From NCBI RefSeq assembly GCF_009914755.1, contig NC_060937.1: a DNA stretch of 64,000 nucleotides; one strand, 5' to 3'. The notes beneath the pieces were generated by a model. It had not been told where the DNA came from. It saw only the letters and a program-made list of their open reading frames with translations, and did no database searches. A program made the position numbers and the translations under genes. This stretch comes from the human T2T-CHM13v2.0 reference genome, Homo sapiens. This document shows, one piece after another, positions 63,707 to 64,000 of the stretch. The number at the start of each line of letters is the position of its first letter. Position 1 is the first letter of the stretch.

Positions 63707-64000
63707 AGTCACGGGATCCTTGGGGTGTTGCTTTGCCAGCCAGGAACCTCTGTGGCCAGTGGTGCCTTCTGCCTGAGTAATGCTCATGCCTGCTGGGCTC
63801 ATTCCACCCATTCAGCCCAGCAGGCTGTGCTTGGCTTGTGCTGCCAGCCCAGATCCCATACCTACCAAGGGCAAGCCAGGTGCAGAGTGGCAATGGGGGT
63901 GTGAGCCAGCCAGCATGGGATCTGGCCACTGCACACAGCCAGGCATGCTGGCTGCTGTGAAGGGCGGGCAGCTTCAGATGTTGGCATGGGTGCCGGCTCC
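63707..64000 (-). mobile_element. MER52-like ERV1 LTR (cut by window edge)
   Basis: Reverse strand ends GGCACCACTGGCCACAGAGGTTCCTGGCTGGCAAAGCAACACCCCAAGGATCCCGTGAC. Confidence 0.8.

Overview
Human (or great-ape) genomic DNA, not prokaryotic. A CpG-island promoter (~20.8-22.1 kb) drives + strand exon 1 of WDFY2 (MAAEIQPKPLTRKPILLQRMEGSQEVVNMAVIVPKEEGVISVSEDR; 137 coding nt, GT donor at 21757). The rest of the window is intron 1, and I did not see exon 2. Upstream is a full-length but dead L1PA4-like LINE-1 with a 19-bp TSD, a nested AluY and the ancestral ZNF93-target segment, apparently inside a shattered hAT-Charlie transposon. Four retrocopies are visible: U6, Y1, 7SL and a processed ATP5PB (ATP5F1) pseudogene. 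The window also holds about 25 Alu-family elements, four ERV1-type LTRs, MaLR LTRs, L2, MIR and DNA-transposon fossils. I found no clearly novel biological system. The best leads are regulatory: an overlapping uORF plus an in-frame GTG extension in exon 1, two candidate poison exons (one between inverted Alus), a sense retrocopy that may donate an intronic poly(A) site, and one L1 target site reused by two insertions. Repeat subfamily calls come from recalled consensus sequences, not from a search.
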